This document shows, piece after piece, positions 26,043-40,273 of a stretch of DNA of 64,000 bases. This DNA is from Octopus bimaculoides (Eukaryota). Where the stretch lies: the NCBI RefSeq assembly GCF_001194135.2, contig NC_068985.1, forward strand, positions 85,389,432 through 85,453,431, written 5' to 3'. The translations under genes were made by a program, and so were the position numbers. The notes under the pieces were generated by a model, which saw only the letters and a program-made list of their open reading frames with translations, ran no database searches and was not told where the DNA came from. Within the stretch, counting starts at the first letter, position 1. Every line of letters starts with the position of its first letter.

Positions 26043-27869
26043 GAAACAAGGTAAAAGAAGGAACTTATGAGGAGAAGTGACTTATGAAAGGGTGAAGAAT
26101 GTCAAGACATCGTTGTATATGGAATTTGGGAATCAACAACTAGAAGAAACTTAGTTCATAGGAATAAAAGAAACAATGGAAAATAGTAAGACATTTTGAT
26201 GAAAGAATGACGAGAGGCTAGCAGAAAAGATTTTATCAAAGAATTTTTTCACCTTCAAGATTATAGTTTCTTTCAAACCACTAAAAGAGCCTCTATATGG
26301 TCATTCGACTAGCTAGGAATAGCAGTAAGATTTCTTTTTTAAATCACAGCATACTGCCTTTAAAGATATTCAAAGCTACAGTGGACCATATAGTATTAGT
26401 TAGATGAGGCCTGAAAAAAGATAAGAGTGAAATGTATTTTATCAGGACTGACAAAGTTTCTATTCTTTTCTGTGGGAGCATAAGCCCCCATAGGGAAGGA
26501 ATGACAAAAGTGTGACATTCATACTCTTTATTATAGCACAACATGGACAATGAGGTGAGAACAGAGGCAAGATTAAATGGGGTTGCCACTGCAGTAGCAG
26601 TAGAAAAGGCAGAGTAAAGAGACACTATGTTTCTGGACCAGAGTTTAAAATGTGTTGGTCAGTGACTTCTTGATAATTAAGCAGGCAACCTTAATTCATA
26701 GCAAGCATGGTTCTTGCTCAATGGCTTTTACTATGACACAGCATATGCATAAAGTCAATGGTGGAAAGGAAAGTAGGTGATTGATCTGACCTGCATGTAT
26801 TACTGGTACATATGTTACTAACTCTAGAAAGATAAAATAGTTATGCTGAAATAGATAATAATCCTTCATCCTATATTCTTAATTGGTCAAGTTTTATGTT
26901 TGATGGTGAGAATCATTTCAAAAGTCAAGCTATTCAAATGCTACATTTTGAACTTATTGATAAGTTTGATTTCTTCAATGAAAGAGTCTTTATCAATAAG
27001 TTTTTTCATTACACAGAATATTTTTCATGAGTATTGACAATTCAAAATAAGAGAGCAGAAACTGAAAACCTGTTTCAAAAAATATTTCATTTTAAAGCAA
27101 GATCAATCTGTGTTTTACTTGCAAATTAGCCAGAGCTATACAAAGGGATGGGATATAATTTTTTCCTGTGAGGATTGCAATGGAAAAGATACTTGCACTG
27201 TCAAGATTGCTGTTGTTAACCCATGTGAGTTTCTCTTTCGTGAGACTATTACACAAATTCAATAGCAGAATGAAGTAATTCTTTGTATATTAGTATTTTT
27301 AGAAGTATAATTGTATGAGCTATTTCTAAAACATGATAGCAGCCTTAACTTAATTCTACTGAAGAAATGATCAAGCACAGACATAGAATGAGTAAAACAA
27401 AAGGAATGGTTTACTCCTGAGGTTATCCAATATCAACCAACAAATAATTTGATTGGAGGTTTGTTAATATAATTGCAGAAATATGAAAATATGACATTTG
27501 GAAATTTGTTGAAGTGGAACCCTGATATCAAAGAGTAGCTTTCACATCATTCCAGTCAGCAACATTATTAAAAAATGGTACATGAATTTCTGACATTCTT
27601 CATGAGGCACACTAGTGATTTGGTGAAACATGAGCAGCCTGCCTTAATCCAATTAATGTACAGACAGACAGACACACACATGTATACATATATTTATATA
27701 TTTGTGTATGTGTGTGTTTGTGATTGTGTGTGTGCTTGTGTGGTCAAGTGCAATAGTTTTTAAATGAGCTTTGAACATATTTATTTCTAACATAAACATG
27801 GTACTAACTTGAAATATATGAGTATATACTGCTGCGAGTTGTGTATCTCAAAGTAAAGCAACATATATA

Positions 27870-28890
27870 CAGGGGTTGGGCAAAATAATGGGAACACCTA
27901 GCATCATAGAATCATAATTTTGAAATATCTATAAAAACTGTCAAAAGCTTGTTTATTTTATGTTTTTTTTATTTATTATTAGTGTTGCTTAATATGTTTT
28001 GATAAAATTGCTGTTTCTTTTCAGATATCATCAGAAAAAGGTAATTAAAATTCATTAACATGACAGATCTAATGGACTTACAAAGCGGTAAATTGTTGGT
28101 GCTTATATGGCAGATACTAGTGTAATGAAAACACCTGAAATGTTTGGTGTATCAAGCAGTACTGTCTCGAAAGTAATGGTAGCTTTTGAGAAAGAGGGAA
28201 AAACCTCCTCGCCGAAACAAAACTCCGGAAGCAAACCATAACTCTCAGAGAAGGACTGTCAGACTCTTACGCGAATTGTTAGAGAGGATCACAAAAGTAC
28301 AGCTCCCAAAATTACTGCAGAGCTTAATGACCACCTCAAGAATCCAGTTTCCACAAAAAACTGTTTGCTGGGAGCTGCACAAAACCGGATTGCATGGGAA
28401 GGCTGCAATCAGAAAAACACTACTTTCAAAAACAAATGTTGCAAAGTGTTTAGAGTGGAGTAAAAACTGACAGAATTGGTCCCTAGAGCAGTGGAAGAAT
28501 ATTATTTTCTTGGATGAGTCATCCTTTACCTCATTTCCAACCACCGGCCGAGTATACATGTGGAGACAGCCAAAAGATGCATCTGACCCAGACTGTCTTC
28601 TTCCAACTGTTAAACATGAAGGAAGATCTGTGATGATCTGGGAGGGGCTATACCTTAGAAATCCACTGTCCCAATGGTTTCCCTTCATGGCAGAATTAAT
28701 AGTCAAGACTATTTTATCAAATTCATCCTATGGTTGTGGAACTGTTTCTGAAGGAAAACAATTCAAACTTTGTACAAGTTCATACCTCATTGAATTCAAG
28801 GTGTAATTACTGCCAAAGGTGGTCCTCCCCTATATTAAAATAAATTTGTTTGAAATTCTAAGGTGTTTCCATTATTTTGTCCAACCCTTG
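27870..28890 (+). mobile_element. Tc1-family DNA transposon, internally deleted
   Basis: TA-flanked ~33-bp TIRs (caggggttgggcaaaataatgggaacacctag / ctaaggtgtttccattattttgtccaacccttg). Transposase: FGVSSSTVSKV, ELHKTGLHGKAAIRK, WKNIIFLDESSF, TVKHEGRSVMIWEG, AKGG. The DNAP and DLNPIE region is missing. Confidence 0.92.
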
Positions 28891-30884
28891 TATATGCACA
28901 CACACACACACACACACACAAACATGTGCATACATGCAACACATCATAACTATGCTGCAACTTCTAAGTTGACCTTAATGCAATCTTTAATAATGTCTTC
29001 TTGATGCTTGACTATGAAATTAACCAGAGTCTGAATGGTGTGACACTGACATTCAGAATTCAAACATCCCAGAAACATGGTGGCTTCAATCAGTAGCTTT
29101 CTGATTGTTTACAAAAATTAACTTGGTTAAGAGATGCCTGTTTTGAATCACTCCTTAAAGTAAATCTTTACAACTTTCTCTGCTAAGATTGTTGAAGCAA
29201 TATCTAGATTAAAGAAGCTTGGAGTTGAAACAATGCATTTAGTTATCCACATGAAACACATTCAGTTGCCAACCATTATACTAGACCAGTTTTGGCTTCT
29301 ACAATAAAATATTTTTCTTTGTTTATTTGAAATTTTTTAATCAATGCTGTTCTTAAAGTGTAGCAAAATCAGATATATGCACACACTCTCATATATAAAA
29401 GCAAGTGACTACATATTCATACATACAAACATGAGAAAAGAACTCAATATGAAGTGCAGAGAAATATAAAATTTATAATGTTACTTTTTTTTATATACGT
29501 GCATGTTTTTGTGTATGTGTTTGTTATATGTAAGGTAAGCACTATTATATATCCCGATCTAGTTTTTGTCTCCTCAGCCTTTTGTGCAACTCTACATGTC
29601 AATAGTTTGAGTACAGTTGACAAAAAGGCTAATTGAATGGCATCTAGGCCTGGATGTATAAACCTGCTTACCTTACATAGATCAAACATTGCACACTGTT
29701 AATACAAATGTGTTTAAAGCTGATTAATATTGGTTTCTTGAAAGACAATTGCTTTTGTGAGAAACTTGGAGTAATAACATTTAAAACTGAGAATGTTTGA
29801 AATACACCCATAAACACTTTCAAGCAAGTAAAAACCTGTTCGTTATTTATTTATTTAATTTTTTTTCTCTGTATTTCATGCTTTATTCAAATTCCAAATC
29901 TATCTATGGTTATATAGAATATTTGATTCTCTATGCCAATATAAAATGTCACAATATTTAAAAAATAAAAATATTCTTGAGAATGACTTTAACTTCATTT
30001 AGGAAACATTTTTTTTATGCTTTTCTTTTTCCCCTCTTTGTTGGCTAGATAGACAAACAAAATCGATTGGAAGAATATGAGAAGACTGTTTGCAAATGAG
30101 TATATTATTGGTACCGTTTACTGTTTTTTGTTTTTTTAAATTTCATTTGCTTAAGTCATTTTTCAAAGGGCACTTCAGATAACTACATTGTGATGTTTAC
30201 AGTGTGTCTGTGTGCATGTGTACAAAAGTATCAAAAAATGGATGTGAATGTGATAGCACACAAGGTGATAACTGCGTTGGGCTAATATAACTATGAAATT
30301 GCTAAACTTTTGTTAAACTGGAATGTGTTTTTTATTGAAATTTCACTGTATTTGTTTGTGATTTTCTCTTTGACAATTGACAAATGCTTTCATTTTTTCT
30401 TCTCTAACACACAGATATATGCTCTGACACATGCATTTGTGCATGTGTGTGTGATGCATACACACACACACACACACACATATTTATATGCACACAGACA
30501 TACATACACAGACATACACACACACACACACACACACATGTGTATCTTTTATTGGAATTTATCATATTGCAAGCTGAAAAGTCACAGCCATAAATTTTTA
30601 ATGCAAAATAAAGAAAAGAAAGCTGGAAAAATTTTAATGAAAAACTGAAACATCCACAATTCTTATTTTAAAATGTTTATGTGGCATGACATAAGAAAGG
30701 ACAAGCCCATGACTTCTAGTCTTTTTCAAGCAAATGACCCATATTTTTTTTTTTTTAAATATTTGTAAGAAAATATCTCTGACACCATTTTGGGAAGCTT
30801 GTTATATTTCTGATTGCAGTTTTCATCTGCAAGGCATATATGATGTGATTGATGAACTCGTTGGGAGCATTTAGCATCTATACA

Positions 30885-30936
30885 AGATTGTTATTATTAT
30901 TATTACTAGTAGTAGTAGCAGCTGTTGTAGTAGTAA

Positions 30937-30968
<32 letters not shown>

Positions 30969-31040
30969 ATAGTAGTAGTAGTAGTATAGTAGCAGAAGTA
31001 GCAATGAAATCATCATTATCATCATCATTATTAATAGTAG
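30885..31040. repeat. Compound (TAT)n/(TAG)n/(CAT)n microsatellite
   Basis: Directly visible. Confidence 0.95.
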
Positions 31041-33064
31041 GTATTGTGTTTTTGTCGTTGTCATATAATTGTGCTTTCTTTCCGATTTCACATACTGGAT
31101 TATAACTGAGGCACTAAATCACGCCAGTGGATGGGGAATGGGGGGGGGGGGAATGGGCTTTGTCTGACCTCAATGTTTTACCCAGTCATTTAGCAGTGTA
31201 AATGAACGGAACTGAACTGAATTAACTTCAGCTGGGAATTGAAACTGAGTCACAAGCTCAGCTTACTAAGAGCTTATTTTGGCTTTACAATTCATGCTGT
31301 GTCACACCACTTCAAGCTACACCACACCTCTATTGATTTAGGATAATATTGATTATGAAACAAATTACTTTTAAAATCAAATATATCTAAAAATTAAAAA
31401 AAAAATGAAAAAAGACTGCATTTTTGTAAAGTTTTTTTTTTGTTTTATTTTTTTAAAGATCTTCACATTATTGCATTAAAGTTTGTAATAGACTTATCTT
31501 TTTTTTTTTATTTTGTTTATTTTTGTTGTGGCTTTTGTTGAATCCAGATATGAAAAATATACAATTTCTATTTACAGACAATTTAATTTTTTTTGAAACA
31601 TAAAAAAAAAAAAATGTTTTTTTAGAAGCATACACAAAGACACATTAAAAAAAAATAGGCTACATATCAGCTACTAAACAAGAGAGTGAGAGAGAGAGAG
31701 AGAGAGAGAGAAATTACAGAAAGGATATTCGCAGACTTGATTTGAATACAAGAAAACACTTTTTTTAAGATGTCTGCCATTTTTGCAATTAAGGGGTTAA
31801 TGAGACATAGAGGAGGTATATAATATTGATGATGGCTTTTTCAAAAAAATTGAAAAATCAAGTACCAATAGAAATTAATCACAATCATGAGTGCTTTGAT
31901 GAGTTCTAGTAAAATCTGACAAAAAGTAAAAGATTTACGGATTCAATGAAGAAAAATGAAATGAGTATTTGTTTATTTATCTATTGTTGTTGTTGTTGCT
32001 ATTATTATTATTATTATTATATAGTCTTATTATTATTCAATATTTTTTAAATTTCTAATGCATGCTTTCACTGAGTGCTGTTTGGTGCCTTGAATATGTA
32101 CAGTTTTTTTCGTTTGGTTAGATTTTACTTTGTATTGTGCATGTGCTGTGCTTAAGTGATACCATTTTTTTGTGTGTCAGGTATATTTGTAAATCATGGG
32201 CTTTTTTTTTATGTATTTGTTTGTGTTTTTTTTTTATCATTCCTGAAGCACTTATTATTTATAGGGAGTGTTTCAGTTTTCAGGCCCCCACATTCAGGTT
32301 CTCTCTGTTTCCATATCTTTATATTTAGATAATTTCTCTTTTTTTTTCTTTTAGAGACTCAATATCATCTGATGAGACAACAAGATATTGTTGTTATTGC
32401 TTTTGCTATTATTATTAGTTGCTATGTGAAATTTACATGAAACATTTTTTTTGGTTTTAATTGCAGATTTTTTTTTTATTGCTTTGTATTTTTGGTGTTT
32501 ACTTTCTATTCTCCTTGCAATGAAGTTATTCATTTATATGTTTGTTTTGTCTTCAATTCTAAATTCTTATTTTCACAAGTATTTAAACACTAGATGTGTG
32601 CAATCACAAATATATCATCATTTAACGTCCATGTTCCATAATATGCATACTTACAAATATACTTTATATAAAACACACACGTACGCATGCACGCACACGC
32701 ACACACACACACACACACCCAAAATCAGAGTTTAAAATTTACAAAAAAGTCTCCAGCAGGATATTATGTAAGAAAATATAATCAGTGGAATGACTGATAA
32801 TAGAAATGTGTCATTATTCCTTTTTAAGAGAAACATTCTTATATTTCATGTCATTCATTCTTGCATCAGAAAATTATTGGATGTTGGAACGAAACCAAAT
32901 GCAAAGAAATCTCTGTGACTTTGTTAAGTCTGTGGCACAAAGCATGGGGAACTCAATTCCAGTGTCTATGCAGTCAAGATAATCAATGAAATACATTTAA
33001 CCATTGCAAGACCCCGTTTGCTCTTGTAATCTTCCATAGTTTTCCTGTTTTATCTATTTATTCT

Positions 33065-33269
33065 TTCACTTGTTTCAGTCATTTGACTGTGGCCATGCTG
33101 GAGCACCGCCTTTACTCGAGCAAATTGACCCTAGGACTTATTCTTGTAAGCCTAGTACTTATTCTATTGGTCTCTTTTGCCGAACCGCTAAGTTATGGGG
33201 ACGTATACACACCAGCATTGGTTGTCAAACAATGTTGAGAGGACTAACAGACACACAATTATATGCATG

Positions 33270-33317
<48 letters not shown>

Positions 33318-33482
33318 TATGACGGGCGTCTTTCAATTTCTGTCTACCAAATCCACTCACAAGGCTTTGGTCGGCCCGAGGCTATAGTAGAAGACACTTG
33401 CCCAAGGTGCCACACAGTGGAACTGAACCCGGAACCATGTGGTTCGTAAGCAAGCTACTTACCACACAACCACTTCTACACC
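33065..33482 (-). mobile_element. tRNA-derived SINE, near full length, with internal (TA)n
   Basis: Minus-strand head gtggttgtgtggtaagtagc..ggttccgggttcagttccactgtgtggcaccttgggcaagtgtcttc has A/B-box-like motifs. Partial copies lie at 5183-5270, 5540-5712, 38340-38500 and 54045-54200. Confidence 0.8.
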
Positions 33483-34139
33483 TTTATTTAATTATTTATT
33501 TAATTATTTTTCATCAATATGCATTCATGAAAGAAAATAGCTTCATTGAATATTTGAATTTTAGAGTGATCAAATGAGGAACCCAGTAATTCTCTGGTAG
33601 GCTTATTAGAGAATCAGACAAAATGCTCTTTACCGAATTCAGTTCGGCTGAGAGTAACTTTGTCTTTTGTTCTTCTGAAGGTGATGAAATAAAGTACTAG
33701 TCCAGTGGGGATGATTTAGAAATAATCTTGAGGGCATTGTATAAACTACTTTGTGATATTTCTTTCAGCTGAGGTAGCTGTGGAGATCTTAATGAATATC
33801 TGACAATATGGCATCTTGTAAAAGAAGGCAATGAGAAATCAACTCTATTCTCCTATGAAAATTCTTTGATAAGCACATTGTATTTGCCAAGGAAGTAACT
33901 AATGGTTGTTTATCAATTTGACGGTATATGTTTGGCCCCAATGTTATCCCTGACTGAACAACTGATGATCAGAAGCATTCCTGTTATGAGAAGTCTATCT
34001 TTTTCCTATGTACAATGAACGTACGATCATATAATTCAACATAATTCTTTTTTTTTTTTTCTATCATGACAGGATATGAAATTAGGAAAATGTTATTTTT
34101 AGTAAGTGACTAAAATTGATTTTCATTTACTGATCTAAG

Positions 34140-34400
34140 GTCCTTGGAATGAGATTCTGGGGACAGGCTGGTGCATCTCTACAGTGTTTGTTATGCCGAT
34201 GTAGGGACAATTTTGTCATTCACTTTTGACAACCAGTTCATTTCCAGCTTCATGTCCTGATTAAAAGCAATATGGCAAAGATAAGGTCTCTGAGTTCAGC
34301 CTCTCTTACTTTAGTGACAGCAGAAATTTTACAAGTTACCATCAATGAGATTTGGGGTGCAGATGTCTGGGATGTTGCTGTCAAAAGCTTCTTCATTCAG
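34140..34400 (-). mobile_element. Heavily decayed RTE RT fragment
   Basis: Minus strand KISAVTKVREAELRDLIFA resembles RTE TKV..IRDLLFADD; a downstream EMHQPVP resembles the EVLHQPAP segment. Confidence 0.45.
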
Positions 34401-35115
34401 CATTGCAGATAATATCATACTGAAGAGTATTGCCATTTTTATGATTAACTTTGGACTTATTTTCTTCCTGGTAGTATCCATTTAGCAGAGTGTACTTGAT
34501 GTGTTTTATTAGGGTCCCAAAACTAGGGTTTGTTTTTTTATCCTATAAAACTAAAGATTCCTTACTACAGTGTGATGTGTTCATTTAATCAAAGCAATGT
34601 GACTAACAAAATGAACAAAAGAAAAAGTGAAGACAACAAACAGGGTGGGTGGGTGACAAAAGAAGCAAAAGCATGATGGTAAAGAAAAAGAAAGAAAGAG
34701 AGAGAGTGAGTGATGGGGATTAACAGAAGTGGATAAATGGTAAGAGGGAAGTCAATAAGTGGTCCAGGGCAAAGGGCTGATAGTAGAGTGCGAAGGGCAC
34801 AGTTTAATAGATTGGTCTCATGATGGGAAAAAGAGGGAGAGTGGTAAAGATATTAAGAGGAGGGACTGAATATCGGTGAATTGAATGCCAAACCTCATTT
34901 CATAGGAAGCTTAGAGCAATGAATAGAATAAACGGTGAATGAGAAAAAAAAAAAAAAAAATTCAAGTTAGACCAGTTCACAGCCTGCATAGTATAGTGAA
35001 TAGGGGAGACCCACTATTATCTTTACTTACAGCAGCAGTATGGTACAGTGACTAGAAGAAAGGGGGGGGGTGACAGAAAGAAGCATGTCATGTGTGTGTG
35101 TGTGTGTGTATGTGT

Positions 35116-36365
35116 GAAGTGATATCAACATTTCCACAGACTAGTTATGGTTAATAAAAAAATAACTTATTTTTTAAAATCATTTCCTTTGAAATAGTCA
35201 CTTTCTGCAGCAATAGACTGGGCCCCAGCATTTCTGCCACTTTTAGAATCCAGCCTAGAAGTTGTTTCCTGTAAGCGAATTGAAGACTGAATGCAATTTG
35301 TTCTTGATGTTGACAACAATGTTACAATGGCAACCTTTGAGCTGCATTTTCATCTTGGGGAAGAGACGAAAGTCTGCAAATGCTAAATCTGGCGAATAGG
35401 GTGGGTGCAGCGATGATACCATGGTGTTTTTGGTGAGAAACTCACAAGTGAGGAGAGCTTGGTGACAGGTGCATCGTGATCCTGAAGAATCCATTTCTTT
35501 GCAGTTCACAGATTCAGTTCCTTTTGCTGAATGTCCTCCCTCAAATGCTTCGTCACCTTCTAGCACTTGTGCTGGTAGCACGTTAGAAAATCATTCGAGC
35601 GAAGTCATTGCCAGTGCCGCTGGACTGGCTCCCATGCAGGTGGCACGTAAAAAACACATTTTTGAGTGTGGCCGTTGACAACACCGCCTGACTGGCCCTC
35701 GTGCCGGTGGCATGTAAAAGCACCCACTACACTCTCAGAGTGGTTGGCGTTAGGAAGGGCATCCAGCTGTAGAAACTCTGCCAAATCAGACTGGAGCCTG
35801 GTGCAGCCTTCTGGCTTGCCAGTCCTCAGTTAAATTGTCCAACCCATGCTAGCATGGAAAGCGGACGTTAAACAATGATGATGATGATAATGATGATGCC
35901 AATGATTGTCCTCCAATAATCTTCATGCACAACCTGATGACCTTTCTCCACATCTCTAGGGGTGATGCTCATGGCAGGTCTTCCAGATCACTCATCATAT
36001 TCCAGGGATGCTCTTCCACTTCTGAAGTCTCCTTGCCACTCAAAACATTGTGTATGACTTATTGCCTCATCACCATAAGCTTGCTGAAGCATGTTCAATG
36101 TCTCTGTAGTAGACTTTCCAAGTTTAAGACAAAACTTTATGATGGCTCTTTGTTCTAACTTCCTGCCAATGACAAAAATCACAGACTACGTCATACACAT
36201 GATCACAAAAACACAAATTTCACAACTTGCAAAGTAAACACAACAATGTCAATTGGCACACTGCCCCATGAAGGTCACTGCTAGCTCTCACTGCACAAGC
36301 AACCATGTGCTGCCATCTGTTTGTGCACTACAGAACTAGTCCGGGAACCTTTTTGGTACCACCTC
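35116..36365 (-). mobile_element. Mariner-family transposon, interrupted and internally deleted
   Basis: Degenerate TIRs (gaggtggtaccaaaaaggttcccggactag at the right end, gaagtgatatcaacatttccacagactag at the left). EQRAIIKFCLKLGKSTTETLNMLQQAYGD and HPPYSPDLAFADFRLFPKMK are present. Confidence 0.88.
35552..35897 (+). mobile_element. Isolated RTE 3'-UTR copy inserted in the mariner
   Basis: Same terminal sequence and (GAT)n tail as 18510-18852. Confidence 0.85.
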
Positions 36366-39096
36366 ATGCATGTGCAGACATCTTTGTGTCCATGTCTGTC
36401 CCACCACTACCAGACAGCTGACTGCCCTCTTCCCTGCAATGTACCAGCTTGGTAAAAGAAACTGACAGAACAAGTACTTGACCTTCTCCCACCAAAAAAA
36501 AAAAAGGTCAGAGGTCAATCCATCTGACCTCAAGGTAGCACCCCAGCATAACTGCAGTTATGCAGTGACTGAAACAAGCAAAACAAATTGACCACATATG
36601 TGTGGGAATCGATTCGCACATGTACAAATGACCATTTTCTTTTCCATTAGGGATGTTTATATGCCCTAATATTAGACTATTTACTATAGTCACTATACAA
36701 TGAATGCTTTTCAATCCCCATCGTTTCATAGTTCAAGCAGAATTCACACATTTAAGTTGCATGGAGTTACTTTCTGTGCTAGAAATAACTGAAAAATCTC
36801 CTTCACCACTATCAGATTCCTGAAAATAACAGTGATGAAAATATGTTTAAACATCTCTTTTCTAATTAGTAAAGAGATGTGTATGCAGTGACGCATTTTT
36901 AGGTGGAGGTTTTGAGTCTTATTAAATATTTTCAGTCTTTATTTGACTACACAGGGATAAAAAAAAAGTTGAAAGATTTTAAGATCCCTCACTGAAGGAC
37001 CTAAGCAAGATGTTTCTATGTCAAATCTGTTTGATTTTGTGGTGCTCATAGCTTTTTCTGTGACTGTAGTAATACATGGGGGGGGGGATGTGAAATGTTT
37101 AAGGACACAACATTAGGCCACACACCTTCATGGCAGAATAAATAGAGGTCATAGATTAATTTCTTACAGTTTTGAATAATTCTATTTATGTACGGGGTTC
37201 AAATTCAGTCATGGTCAGCTTAGCTTTTCATCCTTTTTGGGATCAATGAAATAAAGTTTTATTGAAGTAAAATGGTCAATTTAATCAACAAACCCCCTCT
37301 TCTCAAATTCCTCACTCTGTATCTATTTTGTTAGAAACTTTCAAATTTAGATCTGCCTAAGTCACTACTCAGAGTTTTAGTACTGGAAATCTACTCATCT
37401 TGCAGTAAATATTATTATTCTACTGTACCTAGCAGTATTGAGTGAAATGAACCAATACATCTAATTCTACAACCATGTCAAATTGCCATTCCCCCATCCC
37501 ACCTACACAGTTTAGAGAGAAAACACAAACACATTTACCCACAGAACACAGGAGAAATATCTTAAAATTATAGTATTAAAACCTCTATTTTTAAGTTTCA
37601 ATTGATATACTGATTCTTTACATTCTGATTTCAAATCCTGTCTAGGTTAGGTTTACTTTTCATTCTTCAAGGGTTAAAAGAAGGATCTGTCATGCATTGG
37701 GGTTATCTTAATCAAATTTACTATTGATTAGAAATTTTGTATCTCAAAAAATGGACAACAGAGCTTTATTGCATTGGTACAGTTTGTGAAAGACATAATT
37801 TCTCAAATTATTGTTGATGTAGCTGAGCTGGTTAAGGTTATATATTCTAGCCATTATTCTTTTATTCATACATAGAATATTAAGGAACACATTTTCAAAT
37901 GTATAAGATTGTTGTTAGTATTAGTGGCTATAGTTTTTTTTTTTATTTGGATTCAGGTTAGTTGTGTTCCAGCAGACTTATGCTCAAATATATTCCAACA
38001 CTGACCATCCCAGCTTTTATTCAAACAGTGTATCTATATCTTCATCTTAATCACCATCATCATTTTAATGTCAAATGTTTCATGCTCACATGGGTTGGAG
38101 AAAATTTGCTGAAGTGGAATTTCTACTGCTGGATATCTTTCCTATTGTCAACCCTCACCTGTTTCCCAGTGAGTTAACATTTACTATGGCCAGACACGTT
38201 TTTACAGAAGATTCGAAATGAAGGACAATGAAGGGCACTACATGCATGGCAGTGACACAACTATTATGCAAAATCAAGGCAAGGAGGCAGTAACACACAT
38301 GCGCATATATACACATATACACATGGGCACACACACACACACATATGACAGGCTTCTATCAGCCTTCACCCATCAAACTCACTCACAAGGCCCTGGTTTT
38401 TCAGGGCCACAGCAGAAGACACAAGCCCAAAGTGAGATCAAATCTGAAACCATGCTGTTGAGAAGCAAACCTCCCAGCACACAGCTACGTCTGTGCCTCT
38501 TAGCCATGCTTTGCACCATTATCTAATCTAATGTACTTGATATAAGTAGCTAAAGTTGTTGTTCATCCCTGGGTCAGTCATTATTCACAAGACATGTGAT
38601 TACAGATCTTCCAAGCTTTGACTACCACATCTTTATTGTAGTTTGGGGACTGTCCAATGTGTTCTTTCATTTCAAAATGATGAAATGTGTAATTTCAGAG
38701 ACATTTGCCTGCTTTTTCTAGCAATTTGCATGACCACAGAGACAAACGCAAATGCAAAAATACATATACTCACATATATCATCATCATCATCATCGTCAT
38801 CACCATGTAATGCCTGTTTTCCAAACTGGCATGTGTTGGCATGGTTTCTACAAGTGGATACCTTTCTTAATGCCAACCACTTTTCAGAGTGGACTAGGTG
38901 TTTTTTTTTTCTACATGGTAACAACCCAAACGAGGTCACCAAGTAACTTGGAAAACAAAATCACTTCAATTGAAGGGAGAATAGCATCAAAGAGATGACT
39001 TTGTGCTGGGTGTTGAGAAGTAAAGTATGATGGAGGGACAAAACAGGTGTCTTACTGTGGAGGAGATACATAACTACATCAGTCAGAAAAGAGAGA

Positions 39097-39163
<67 letters not shown>

Positions 39164-39399
39164 TGGTGAAGTTGGGATGTACTCTCGGGTTACTGCGAGA
39201 GGTGAAGTGGTACAAGGATTGGATAGGGTAAGTGTGTGGGTAAGTTGATGAGAATGCAAAAGGAGGGTGAGAGATGGCGGGGAAGAGAATACAGTGAGAG
39301 GACATGAGCAGAGGGTGTGGTCGTCAGGAGTTGTTGGGAGAGATTTATTAGGGACAGAATGTGCACAGGAGCAAAGATATAAACAACATGCCTTTAGGG

Positions 39400-40225
39400 C
39401 CTTATTTTGTCTTCAACGGACAGATCTTCTTAAGTACAGCAAATCGTCAGTCATCTTGGTTGTTTGTCATTTCCTTTGTGAGGCTCTGAAAGGCATTTTT
39501 CACCACTTTGTCCCCCACTTTGGGCTTCCTCTCTTCTAGGTTCCATCCACATTTTGGTGAATGTTACTCCTTCATGCAACCCTCCTCATCCATATACATC
39601 TCATGACCATATCAATGCAGCCTCCTCTCTTCCACTCTACACCTGATGCCTCTTATGCCCAGTTTTTCTCTCAACACACACTTTGTCATACATGCATACT
39701 GGCTTCATTTCTTTCAAGCCTCCACATGTCCTCTGCATTCACAGCCCATGTTTCATTACCATGTAGCAGTGCTGTTTGTACACAAGCATCATACAAACTG
39801 CCTTTCAATCTGAGAGAGAGAGACATTATGTTGCCAACTTTCTCCATCCTATTCTTATTCTAACAAATATACTTTCAAAACAACGTCTTCCATTGTTAAT
39901 TATGTCACCTAAATAACTGACATTATCTACTAACTCTAAGCACCTTCCCAGCCATTTGGGGAAGTCTATTTCCTGTGTGTCCTTAGTATTCATTGCTCCT
40001 GCACATCTGTCCCACACAAGGTTAACTTACTTTGTTACTTCCTGTGATTCTACTGCATCCCTTTGTCCACACTTTCCATTGGACTCCCCACATGTAATTT
40101 CTACCCCTTTTTCCACACATCGACCAGGGTCATTTTCATGAAAGGATTAGTAACCTGTCTGTTTTCCATTTTATTAGAAAATTGGTCTCTGCTAAGTTAA
40201 CCCTAAGGCCCTTCCGCTTCCACAC
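39400..40225 (-). mobile_element. RTE LINE fragment (same family as 50401-52160)
   Basis: Minus strand reads KGLRVNLAET, DRCAGAMNTKD..VDNVSYLGD..RIRIGWRKL and LREKLGIRGIRC..RRLH*YGH. Confidence 0.75.
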
Positions 40226-40235
40226 CTACAATTTC

Positions 40236-40273
<38 letters not shown>

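Noticed and set aside
29672-29695. 24-nt minus-strand microexon candidate (CAMFDLCK)
   Set aside because: Its donor is part of the terminal inverted repeat of the 29527-29679 fold-back element.
31132-31158. G-run cluster (possible G-quadruplex)
   Set aside because: Homopolymer G tracts are common in this window (20342, 35062, 37078), and no functional context supports this one.
32362-32396. CTGATGA plus hairpin gacaacaa/ttgttgtt
   Set aside because: No GAAA, stem III or stem I partner follows.
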